From Candidatus Nomurabacteria bacterium (lineage in GTDB: Bacteria; Patescibacteriota; Minisyncoccia; Phycocordibacterales; CAIZLB01), in contig CALRFG010000006.1 of NCBI GenBank assembly GCA_943356525.1, forward strand, positions 4,024 through 68,023: a stretch of 64,000 nt of DNA, read 5' to 3'. This document shows, in pieces, positions 50,479 to 59,487 of this stretch. Positions within the stretch are counted from its first letter, which is position 1; each line of letters opens with the position of its first letter. The notes below the pieces were generated by a model that ran no database searches, had not been told where the DNA came from, and saw nothing but the letters and a program-made list of their open reading frames with translations. The translations under genes were made by a program, and so were the position numbers.

Positions 50479-50930
50479 ACTACCTCCAATACCTCAACCC
50501 TTTTTGTCAGTAATGAAAAATCATGTTTAGAAACTGTACTTTTCTTTATCTCAAAAGTAAAATCAGATATCTCTTTTTTAAGTTCTATTTTGGTGACCAA
50601 AATATCATCTTTTAATTCAGTACGTAAACTGTTTGCACTTTCTTAAATCTCACCCCTTAATTCAATCTTAGTATTTTCCAAAGACTCCATCATCGAATCA
50701 GCTAAATCAACCATCTTGGCTATCATACGATTTTCTAAAGAAACCATATCAGTTCTAATGCTTGATACATCTTGTTTTAGTACTGCCACATCTTGTTTTA
50801 AATTTGATATATCAACCTTCATCACTGATATATCACCTTTCATACCAGAAAGATCTTCTCTTACGTAAGAGATCTGTGTGTCTATGTGAGTTTTTATCCC
50901 TTCAAAGGCTTGTTTCATTTCTTGATTCAT
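50475..50930 (-). pseudogene. Coiled-coil protein interrupted by one in-frame TAA (50643-50645)
   Basis: 95-aa ORF continues in frame for 55 aa (ESANSLRTELKDDILVTKIELKKEI...RVEVLEVV) and repeats the TKIEL motif. Confidence 0.6.
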
Positions 50931-51180
50931 ATTGATAATTATATAGACAAAGAACCTTTGGTCAAATTTCTTTAGAACAACAAAGTATCATTTTCATAAG
51001 TCAATAAAAAAGTATAATTTAACTTATTTTTTATAGATTTTGTGTAAAAATATTTATTTAAAAATGCTTTTTTTATGCAAAAAAAAACTTTATCTCGACA
51101 TGTTTTTTTAAAACACCCGACATTATCACCCAAAAATCCATAGACTACCCACCTCAATTCTGATATTCTAAAACCTATAT

Positions 51181-52296
51181 ATGACCATAGAAAATATACC
51201 CCAAACACCAGCACAAATATCCTCTAAAACAGCCCTTCAAAGCCCTAAAATAGGCTCTATAAACACACTTCGCTTCATAGCTGCTATGATGGTCATTTTT
51301 TATCATTATAGCTTTACTTTCTATCATGGAGACTTATCTTATGTGGATATACCTGTACTTCGATACTTATCCCAATACGGTTATCTTGGGGTTGATATAT
51401 TCTTTATAATATCTGGTTTCGTTATAGCTCTTTCAGCCGAAGGTCGAAATGCTTATGCTTTTTTTAAATCCCGTATCGGTCGTCTCTACCCTGTTTTTTG
51501 GATATCTGCAATAATCACAACTTTATTTCTCATATTCGGCGGAAATCTTATATCTTCAGAAATGTCGTTGACTAGATTTTTAACTAACCTGACTATGATA
51601 CCGACCATAATTTGGAGCAAAGAAACTATAGATTTTCTAGATGGAGCCTATTGGACACTTGCTATAGAGATGAAGTTTTATTTTGTAATTTTACTATTAT
51701 TAGTTTTGAAACAATTTAAAAGAATAGAGACTTTTACTATACCTTTGTCCTTACTGATATTATTGTCTGCTGTGTTTTTAAATATTAAATTCGACTCGGA
51801 TTTAATATGGATACCAAATTTCATAGCTGGAGTAATTTTCTATAAAATATATAAAAATGGTTTAAATACTTGGCGTATATTTGCCTTAATAAATACTTTT
51901 ATAGCCTCTTTAATATTTGCATCAAATAGACTACCTTATCTATCTGAAGGTTATAATGCAGTATTCAAATCAAGTATTGTTACTTTATATATACTATTTT
52001 CGTATATCTTTTTTCTTTTAATATCTTTAAATAAAATAAAAATACCTAACAATAAATATATAAATATTCTCGGTCTTTTGACTTATCCTTTATATCTTTT
52101 GCATCAACAAATAGCTCGTATAATATTTAAGTATTCTGAGATACATAATATACCTTTATTCTTCTCATTTACCTTTATATTAATATTTATATTTTTTATA
52201 TCTTTCTTAGTTCACAAGATATTCGAGCGTCGTGGTAAAATAATTCTTGATAAAACTCTTGATAAGATTACACCTAAAGTCCTAAAACATTTTTAA
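51181..52296 (+). CDS. Acyltransferase family 3 (OafA-like)
   Basis: LRFIAAMMVIFYH, GVDIFFIISGFVI, RIGRLYP, YWTLAIEMKFY, TYPLYLLH. Confidence 0.92.
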   Translation: MTIENIPQTPAQISSKTALQSPKIGSINTLRFIAAMMVIFYHYSFTFYHGDLSYVDIPVLRYLSQYGYLGVDIFFIISGFVIALSAEGRNAYAFFKSRIGRLYPVFWISAIITTLFLIFGGNLISSEMSLTRFLTNLTMIPTIIWSKETIDFLDGAYWTLAIEMKFYFVILLLLVLKQFKRIETFTIPLSLLILLSAVFLNIKFDSDLIWIPNFIAGVIFYKIYKNGLNTWRIFALINTFIASLIFASNRLPYLSEGYNAVFKSSIVTLYILFSYIFFLLISLNKIKIPNNKYINILGLLTYPLYLLHQQIARIIFKYSEIHNIPLFFSFTFILIFIFFISFLVHKIFERRGKIILDKTLDKITPKVLKHF

Positions 52297-54031
52297 GCGT
52301 ATCTTCATCTATCTCTTTTCTAGCTTCTTGTTTTTTATTTTCTGTTAGAGGTGCTGGGTCCACAGGAATCCCATCTTCTTTTACTTCTTTTTTTATCTCT
52401 TCAAAAGCAACTTGAAAAGGATTGTGAACTTGAAAAGGTTTTTTTATAATATCCTGTCTTGGAATATTTTGTCTATCTTGTACCACTTGCCTATCTTGTC
52501 TTATTTCTCTTCGAGGTGCTTCTGGTCTTGGCTCAGATCTTTGATCATTTGATCTTGCTAGACTTGTATATTCTCTAGTGTCTCTAAAAGGTTCTTTATT
52601 TACATTTTTTTGAATATCACTTTTTGACATATCTCTGTATATTTCTCTTTTTATTTCTGATCTTTGTTCTTGTTTAGGGATATTTCTCACAGGCGGATTT
52701 TGTATAGTTTCTGATTTTGCACTTTTCTCGCCCCCTAGAGTCCACTTCAATATATGCGCTTCGACTTCTTTTCTAGGATGTGAATAAAGTGCCCGAGAGG
52801 ATTCTATAATCTCAGCAACAAAACTTTTTTCAGGTTCTGGCCATGGACCCATACCTGTAGCAGAAAAAGCAGGTGAAGTTACACCGTCTATCATAAGTTT
52901 TAAATACATTTGAAAACGACCGATGTTGGTAAAATCTTCTGGCAAAAAAGTTGGTTTAAACTCTTTTTCAAAGGCATCGGCATCGTCAGCACCTATACGA
53001 TAAGCAATCATTGTTCCCACGTTTCCGAAAATAGCATCGTGTACTATCTCTGTCATTTGTTTAACATATTGATGGGCAACTATAAGCCCAAGTTTATACT
53101 TACGAGCTTGAGATAATATCTGTGCAAATGAATCATTTATAAAGTTTTGAAACTCATCTACATATAAGTAAAAGTTTGGTACATCGCGCATCTCCTTATC
53201 TGACATGTCGGCACGACTCATGGCCGCAAGATATATCTTTGTTACAAAAAGTGAACCAAGTAGATTTACAGCATCTTCACCTATACGTCCAATAGAAAGA
53301 TTGAAAATAATTATTTTCTTTTCATCCATAGCTTTTCTAAAATCAAAAGATGATTTTGTTTGACCAATAATATTACGTATCAATGCATTTGAAATAAACT
53401 GACCTACTTTATTTTGTATAGCAGGTACAGCTTCAGCCACCATCTTATCTGTCATAGAAGCAAATTCTTTTTCCCAATAAGCTTTTACCGTTGGTTCTTT
53501 AAGCCTAGCTATAACGTCGCGGCGAAAAACTTTATCCGATAACATACGGTTAACATCTAAAAGTGTTGCTTCAGGAATTTCTAAGAGTGCTAAAAGCGTA
53601 TAGTTCAGGATATATTCCATACGAGCTGACCATTGATCTTTCCATATTTTTTTAAATGTAGACATCAAACCGGAAACTATAAACTGAGATCTTATACTTG
53701 ATGATGACTCATCTCCAGGTGCTGTGTCTTCAAGCACGTTGAGTGCAATTGGGTTTTCCATATCAAAAGGTGCAAAATATATCACGTCTTTGATACGATG
53801 TTCCGGAACAAACTCTAGTAATAGTTCAGCTGTTTTACCATGCGGATCCAAAAAAGCCATACCTTCACCGTTTTGTATATCTTGTATAGCCATATTTTCA
53901 AGAAGGGTTGACTTACCCATACCAGTCTTTCCTATGGCATACATATGTCGAAGCCTATCTTCTCTTTTGATACCAAATTTCTGCTGCTTACCTCTTGCAT
54001 CGGTTATACCAAAATATGTTATGTCGTTCAT
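52274..54031 (-). CDS. VirD4/TraD-like type IV secretion coupling ATPase
   Basis: HMYAIGKTGMGKS Walker A, LDPHG, LYVDEFQNF Walker B, ARKYKLGLIVAHQ. Confidence 0.85.
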   Translation of the reverse strand: MNDITYFGITDARGKQQKFGIKREDRLRHMYAIGKTGMGKSTLLENMAIQDIQNGEGMAFLDPHGKTAELLLEFVPEHRIKDVIYFAPFDMENPIALNVLEDTAPGDESSSSIRSQFIVSGLMSTFKKIWKDQWSARMEYILNYTLLALLEIPEATLLDVNRMLSDKVFRRDVIARLKEPTVKAYWEKEFASMTDKMVAEAVPAIQNKVGQFISNALIRNIIGQTKSSFDFRKAMDEKKIIIFNLSIGRIGEDAVNLLGSLFVTKIYLAAMSRADMSDKEMRDVPNFYLYVDEFQNFINDSFAQILSQARKYKLGLIVAHQYVKQMTEIVHDAIFGNVGTMIAYRIGADDADAFEKEFKPTFLPEDFTNIGRFQMYLKLMIDGVTSPAFSATGMGPWPEPEKSFVAEIIESSRALYSHPRKEVEAHILKWTLGGEKSAKSETIQNPPVRNIPKQEQRSEIKREIYRDMSKSDIQKNVNKEPFRDTREYTSLARSNDQRSEPRPEAPRREIRQDRQVVQDRQNIPRQDIIKKPFQVHNPFQVAFEEIKKEVKEDGIPVDPAPLTENKKQEARKEIDEDTLKNVLGL

Positions 54032-54077
54032 GTTGAGATTATATCAAATTTGAACTTGCTTGTATAACCTACTAAAT

Positions 54078-55496
54078 TTACTGAGTATATACTACCGACT
54101 TCTTCATAAAATTAATCAACTTAATCACGTCCCCATTTTTATCATTACTTTTTAATATAACTATAACAACTTTCCGAACCCCTCCTTTAGCTGTTGGTAT
54201 TTCAAATATAGAAGCCGTTGTTTGTAATGCTTGATCTATATAACCATTTTTACCTCCTATATAACCATTAAGTGGAAGCTGTGCATTTCTGTTAAGCCAA
54301 GTATGCCCTTTTATAGAAAATTGTTTTACTCTGGTTGTATCAAAAATAGTTGGATCATTTTTCCAAATATAACGAATAAGTTTTAATAAATCTTTTGGAG
54401 TAGAAGTGTTTTTTGGATCAAGACCTGATGGATCATTATAATATGTATCAACCATACCTATATATGCTGCTTTTATATTCATCTCGTCTAAAAATTGTTG
54501 ATGGCCATAATGATCTGCAAAAACTTCTGCAGCGTCATTAGAGGATTCCATCAAAAGCGGAAACACTAGATCTGACAATCGTATCTTTTCTCCCAGTCTC
54601 AAACCTCCTTGACCACCATAAGTATTTGTCGCATCACTAGACACTATTGCAACATCTTGTAGATTCATTTTCTCTGTTGCTATAATGGCAGTCATTAGTT
54701 TACTAACAGAAGCTATTGGATATATGTCATCTGATTTTTTCTCTAGTATTATCTCCCCACTATCCAGGTCAGCTAGAATAAAAGCTCTTGAACTCAAAGC
54801 GGGAATACTCGCTTTAGTTATCAAATCATATTTGTCTATAAGTAAATCATCAGCAGTATCTCCTCCTCCAATAGATATATCTCCCGTACCGCCTCTTTCA
54901 CCTATCACCAAAGTATTATAACTGTATTTATTTATATTTTCAGTCAAAAAAGCATTTCCTAGACTTTCATCATATCCTATACGTGACACACCTGGAATAT
55001 TTACATTGAAATATTTTGTAATATCTTCATCGACTATTTCTTTTTTAACTATTTCTTCTTCAGGTTGTGTTGTTGTAGACAAAACATTTGTCGAATTATC
55101 TGTATTAATTAAATTATCTATATTAGTTGTAAAAATATCTCTACCTAGATCAGCTCTAACATAAAGTTTTTTTAACTCTTGATCAACTTTTTCCTGATCT
55201 GTTAAATCTTCAATTTGCCCTTGAGTTCTGTCGACCATGTTATCAGTTGTTTTATCAAAGACAAGAAGAATACCTTGTGTTAAAAAAGAAACAACGGATA
55301 TACCTGAAATTAAAATAGCGGTTACTATCAAGCTATATTTAAATAAAGAAGTTTTTTGTTTAACTGGTTCATCTGCTGTATAGTAACCCAAATTTACATC
55401 CTGATTTGATTTTACATAAGAATTAGACTTATCTAAATTTGATTTTAGATTTTCAAGATATTTATGATAATCAGCTTTGTATGGGTTATTTTCCAT
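54078..55496 (-). CDS. D-alanyl-D-alanine carboxypeptidase (peptidase S11) with long N-terminal extension
   Basis: PIASVSKLMTA (SxxK), SSNDAA (SxN), GGKNG (KTG variant). Confidence 0.85.
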   Translation of the reverse strand: MENNPYKADYHKYLENLKSNLDKSNSYVKSNQDVNLGYYTADEPVKQKTSLFKYSLIVTAILISGISVVSFLTQGILLVFDKTTDNMVDRTQGQIEDLTDQEKVDQELKKLYVRADLGRDIFTTNIDNLINTDNSTNVLSTTTQPEEEIVKKEIVDEDITKYFNVNIPGVSRIGYDESLGNAFLTENINKYSYNTLVIGERGGTGDISIGGGDTADDLLIDKYDLITKASIPALSSRAFILADLDSGEIILEKKSDDIYPIASVSKLMTAIIATEKMNLQDVAIVSSDATNTYGGQGGLRLGEKIRLSDLVFPLLMESSNDAAEVFADHYGHQQFLDEMNIKAAYIGMVDTYYNDPSGLDPKNTSTPKDLLKLIRYIWKNDPTIFDTTRVKQFSIKGHTWLNRNAQLPLNGYIGGKNGYIDQALQTTASIFEIPTAKGGVRKVVIVILKSNDKNGDVIKLINFMKKSVVYTQ

Positions 55497-55520
55497 TTTA
55501 TATGTATGATAAATAAAATA

Positions 55521-56576
55521 CTATAATATATCTTTTACTGTAACGACTAGCATCAACACTAATAATAATATAAATCCAATACTATTTAAAGTATTAACAA
55601 ACTTGATTGGTAATTTTCTCCTTATAACACCTTCAATAGTCGCTATAATTATACGTCCCCCATCAAGTGCGGGAAATGGTAATATATTCATAGCTGCCAA
55701 TGATATAGATATAAGTATTGTTATAAAAAGTAATGATACAAAACCTTGTTGCGATGAAGTACCTACAACCTTTGCTATACCTACAGGGCCTGAAACCTCA
55801 TCCCATGAACCGTTGCCTGTAAATAATTTTCCAAAGAAAGTTAGAACGCCTGAAAAGATCTGAGTTGTTAAGTTATAAGTTGCCTGAGCACCATAGTAAA
55901 AACTTGGAAATACACCCATAGTAACAATGGCTGTTTCAGCCAATCCTACACCGATTGTGTTATTATCTAGCTTTTCAACTTCTATAGATGATGTAGCATT
56001 ATTTTTAGAAATGATTATAGAAAATGGTGAAGGTGCTTTTTTAATACTTTCTTGTACTTGTTTAATATCGATTGTACTTGAACCGTTCACAGATAGAACA
56101 TAATCTCCCGCAACAATACCAGCTTTATCAGCAGGGCTACCTTTCAATATCTGATGTATAAGAACCTGCCTTTCTCCTTTTATATATTTATCTTGTACAT
56201 CATCAAGTGCTATTTTAGATGTTCCTATAAATAAAGAAAGTGACATTAAAAGCCAAGCAAATAATATGTTGAAAACAACTCCAGCTGAAAGAATTATTAT
56301 CTGCTTCCACGAAGATATATTTTGAAAACTTCTATCATCTTTTATATTATTAGTATCTTCAGGGTTTTCGCCATGTATCTTTACATAACCACCTAGAGGT
56401 AATGCATTTAATGAGTATGTTGTCTCACCTTTTTTAAAAGAAAAAAGTTTTGGAGGAAAGCCGAGTGCAAACTCGTCAACCCTAACTTTAAAAAACTTCG
56501 CAGCCAGAAAATGCCCAAGTTCATGAACAAAAACAAGTATAGATAATACCAATAAAAATAATATTGCAGTTAACAT
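55521..56576 (-). CDS. rseP: RIP metalloprotease RseP (M50, PDZ)
   Basis: HELGH, PLGGYVKI, AGVVFN, GSPADKAG PDZ, NILPFPALDGG. Confidence 0.93.
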   Translation of the reverse strand: MLTAILFLLVLSILVFVHELGHFLAAKFFKVRVDEFALGFPPKLFSFKKGETTYSLNALPLGGYVKIHGENPEDTNNIKDDRSFQNISSWKQIIILSAGVVFNILFAWLLMSLSLFIGTSKIALDDVQDKYIKGERQVLIHQILKGSPADKAGIVAGDYVLSVNGSSTIDIKQVQESIKKAPSPFSIIISKNNATSSIEVEKLDNNTIGVGLAETAIVTMGVFPSFYYGAQATYNLTTQIFSGVLTFFGKLFTGNGSWDEVSGPVGIAKVVGTSSQQGFVSLLFITILISISLAAMNILPFPALDGGRIIIATIEGVIRRKLPIKFVNTLNSIGFILLLVLMLVVTVKDIL

Positions 56577-57127
56577 TAATTTGTAATTTCTTTTTCTTTT
56601 TTAGCGAATAATATATCGAGCTGTCCCATAGTAGTTTCTATATGTTTATCAAACTCTTTTTTTGCGCGCGTTACATCATCCTCAGACATCAGACCATCTT
56701 TCTTTTGAGTATTCATATCATCATTTACAGAGTTTCTTTCTTGTCTAAGTGACACCCTGGAATCTTCAAGTTTTTCTTTAGCTTGTTTTATAAGTTGCAA
56801 TCTTCTTTCTCCTGTTAGGTCTGGGAAAATAATACGCAAACCTTTTTCATCAACTGAAGTGGATACACCGAGATCAGCTGCTATCACAGCTTTCTCTATA
56901 GCTTTTATAAGTGATCCATCCCATGGTGAAACTCTTATACATTTTGCGTCTTCTATACCTATAGAAGCCACATTTGAAAGTGGTACCATCTCACCGTAAG
57001 ATTCTACCCGGACTTGATCAAGAAAAGCTGTTGAAGCTCTACCTGTTCTGATATTTTGATATTCATTTTGTAACCAAATCTCAATTGACTTGGATTTATT
57101 TAGGAAATTTGAAAAATTATATGACAT
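56576..57127 (-). CDS. frr: Ribosome recycling factor
   Basis: IRTGRAS, IEKAVIAADLG, PDLTGERR, KKEKEI. Confidence 0.95.
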   Translation of the reverse strand: MSYNFSNFLNKSKSIEIWLQNEYQNIRTGRASTAFLDQVRVESYGEMVPLSNVASIGIEDAKCIRVSPWDGSLIKAIEKAVIAADLGVSTSVDEKGLRIIFPDLTGERRLQLIKQAKEKLEDSRVSLRQERNSVNDDMNTQKKDGLMSEDDVTRAKKEFDKHIETTMGQLDILFAKKEKEITN

Positions 57128-57157
57128 ATATAGAGTATTATAGCATGGGTTTATAGT

Positions 57158-57262
57158 TTTTTCGAGGACTTATGATCGAAATATTAATACTTAAAGTTTT
57201 TTAGCGAATGAGATCATCCGCAGAAAAATTGTTATAATTTTTCGAGGACTTATGATCGAAAT
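57158..57262. repeat. Two 25-bp identical palindromic direct repeats (period 80 bp)
   Basis: tttttcgaggacttatgatcgaaat at 57158-57182 and 57238-57262. Confidence 0.85.
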
Positions 57263-57265
57263 GAG

Positions 57266-58234
57266 CTAAAAAACTTTAGCTGCAACCTCCTCAATATCTA
57301 GCCCTAAAGATCCAACTGTTTCAAACACGAAATCTGGATAATAAAGTAAATAGGTCAATAAAGATGAGCTATGTTGTACAAATATACCTCGTTTTGGATG
57401 TACTGATAGTTTATAAACAACTGACTGCTTTTGAAATGATATTTTAGAAATATTTGTTACAACGTTTTTAACACCCTCCTTTTCTATCATAGAAAGATTT
57501 GCGACTTCAAACATCTCGATTTCATTTACTTTTTTATTTGTCAAAGGTAAGAAAGTATAAAAGTCTTCATTTTTAAAATCAGGAATAACTGCAATATAAA
57601 CTTGTTTTCCTTCAATATACTCTCTAAAAGTTATGTCGTCATACCTATGTCTCAACATATCCAGATTATTGATAAATTCTATTGAATTATATGAAAGATT
57701 TATATTTTTATGATTTTTGTGTTTACTATGTTTAGTTTCTAAGGTGTGTATAGGTAAAAATAATTGTCGTATATATTTTGAAACTATCTCACCTGTAGTT
57801 ATTGCGTTGTCATTATGTTCTTTAATGTTGACATGTATTTGATGAGGAAATCTTATTTTAAAATTTTCCGTATTATTTATTTTTATGAGCTCAGCTAACT
57901 TTTGTGCATTGTGGAAAATCTCATCTTCAGCTTTGTATAAAAAAGTTACCTGTTTAGCAAATAGCTTTGTATTTTGTTTTATATTATCAATAGTGATGTC
58001 GATGTTGTGAACAAATACAAAAACATGGTCATAGCTTTTTAGTTTAACCTCTGGTGTCATTTTTCTTCCATGGATAAGCCATTCACCATCTTGTGTTACA
58101 GATGATATGTCGATATCTATATCTTTATAAATCTTTATAATAGTTTGTTCTAAAGATAAAATATCATCTTGCACACTTATTCTTAGACTTTCTTCAGGTA
58201 TGTATGCTGATTTAATAAATAAAAACTTTTGCAT
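57266..58234 (-). CDS. Highly divergent ATP-grasp / D-Ala-D-Ala ligase-like protein
   Basis: TQDGEW and FREYIEGKQVYIAVI resemble Ddl segments; the canonical EVNTxPG motif is absent. Confidence 0.5.
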   Translation of the reverse strand: MQKFLFIKSAYIPEESLRISVQDDILSLEQTIIKIYKDIDIDISSVTQDGEWLIHGRKMTPEVKLKSYDHVFVFVHNIDITIDNIKQNTKLFAKQVTFLYKAEDEIFHNAQKLAELIKINNTENFKIRFPHQIHVNIKEHNDNAITTGEIVSKYIRQLFLPIHTLETKHSKHKNHKNINLSYNSIEFINNLDMLRHRYDDITFREYIEGKQVYIAVIPDFKNEDFYTFLPLTNKKVNEIEMFEVANLSMIEKEGVKNVVTNISKISFQKQSVVYKLSVHPKRGIFVQHSSSLLTYLLYYPDFVFETVGSLGLDIEEVAAKVF

Positions 58235-58277
58235 TAATCTATTATATCGCGGTTAACGTTTTATTACTATATATGTA

Positions 58278-59465
58278 TCACTTGAAAGCACCCTTCCTCA
58301 ACTTCTCTCTAAAAAATTTTATAGCAAATCTATGTGCTTCTGCGTTAATTTTAATTATTTCTTCTTCTTTTATATTTTTTTCTTTTAAAATCTCTCCGTT
58401 TAATACTTCTCTCGCTCTATGTTTATCATCTTTAACCACTGAGACAGAATTTTTAAAAAATCTTTGGGCTATACCGAGTTGAACCTTATTTCCGTCAGTT
58501 ACTATGATATTCGGTTTCTCCCATTCTGTATGTTTGAAGCGACGAGTCAAAACCTCAAACAAAGCCTTACCGTCGTCAGCATTTTCTTGTCCTCTTATGA
58601 TAAATTTCTTATATTCATGTTTTAAAAACTGGCCATTTAACATAACAACCATAACTCCTATCATATTTTGCCCGCTCATATGAGCTATATCATATGCCTC
58701 TATACGAATATCATTTTCAGACTGTTCCCTGTTCATCAGAGATATATCATTGATATGGTTCAATGCATATATTTTATTACGAACCTGCGCTGCTTTTTCA
58801 AACTCTTTTTCTTTAGCCAAAGCATTCATCTCTTTCTGTAAAATTTTTAAAACTTTCTCTGTACTACCTGATAAAAAAAGTTTTATTTTCTCTATCTGTT
58901 TTTTATAATCTTTTTGTGATATGGCGTCAACACAGGTTCCTGGACAAAGTCCTATACTGTAATTAAAACATGGTTTATTCTTCCCAACTGTACATTTTTC
59001 ATCTCTATAAGGAAAAAGTTTTCTTACTATTTTCAAAGCAGCACGGAGTTGTATTGTAGACAAGAAAGGCCCATAATAATTTTCCGTGTTAAGATTTTCT
59101 ACATTACGTCCACGAACTATTCGAACTATTGGAAATTCATCTGAAGTAATCTCTATGTAAGAATAACTTTTATCATCTTTTTCTCTAGTGTTATAGTAAG
59201 GCTGATTTTTCTTTATAAGTTCTGTTTCCAAAAGTAAAGCTTCGAGTACTGAGTTAGTTTTTTGAAATTTAATAGAATCAGTCTTTGCAACCATATCTAC
59301 CAAAAACATTCCTCTAGTTTTAATTAGATCATTAGAAAAATAACTTTTCACTCTTTCCTTGAGCGAGGTAGCTTTTCCAATATACAAAATATCCTTTCCT
59401 TTTTGAAAAAAATATACGCCAGGACTATCTTCTATTTTTAATTTTTTAAATTGATCTATTGTCAT
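58278..59465 (-). CDS. uvrC: UvrC-like excinuclease (GIY-YIG, UVR and RNase H-like domains; no HhH)
   Basis: SPGVYFF..LYIGKATSLKERVKSYF, QPYYN, FEKAAQVRNKI, RIEAYDIAH, AEAHRFAI. Confidence 0.85.
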   Translation of the reverse strand: MTIDQFKKLKIEDSPGVYFFQKGKDILYIGKATSLKERVKSYFSNDLIKTRGMFLVDMVAKTDSIKFQKTNSVLEALLLETELIKKNQPYYNTREKDDKSYSYIEITSDEFPIVRIVRGRNVENLNTENYYGPFLSTIQLRAALKIVRKLFPYRDEKCTVGKNKPCFNYSIGLCPGTCVDAISQKDYKKQIEKIKLFLSGSTEKVLKILQKEMNALAKEKEFEKAAQVRNKIYALNHINDISLMNREQSENDIRIEAYDIAHMSGQNMIGVMVVMLNGQFLKHEYKKFIIRGQENADDGKALFEVLTRRFKHTEWEKPNIIVTDGNKVQLGIAQRFFKNSVSVVKDDKHRAREVLNGEILKEKNIKEEEIIKINAEAHRFAIKFFREKLRKGAFK

Positions 59466-59487
59466 GTATTAAATTAATATATTTTAT

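Noticed and set aside
50972-51214. 80-aa minus-strand ORF
   Set aside because: AT-rich divergent promoter region overlapping the acyltransferase start; no motif.
57158-57262. Possible mini-CRISPR array
   Set aside because: Only two repeats, a 55-bp self-structured spacer and no cas genes in the window; kept as a plain repeat.
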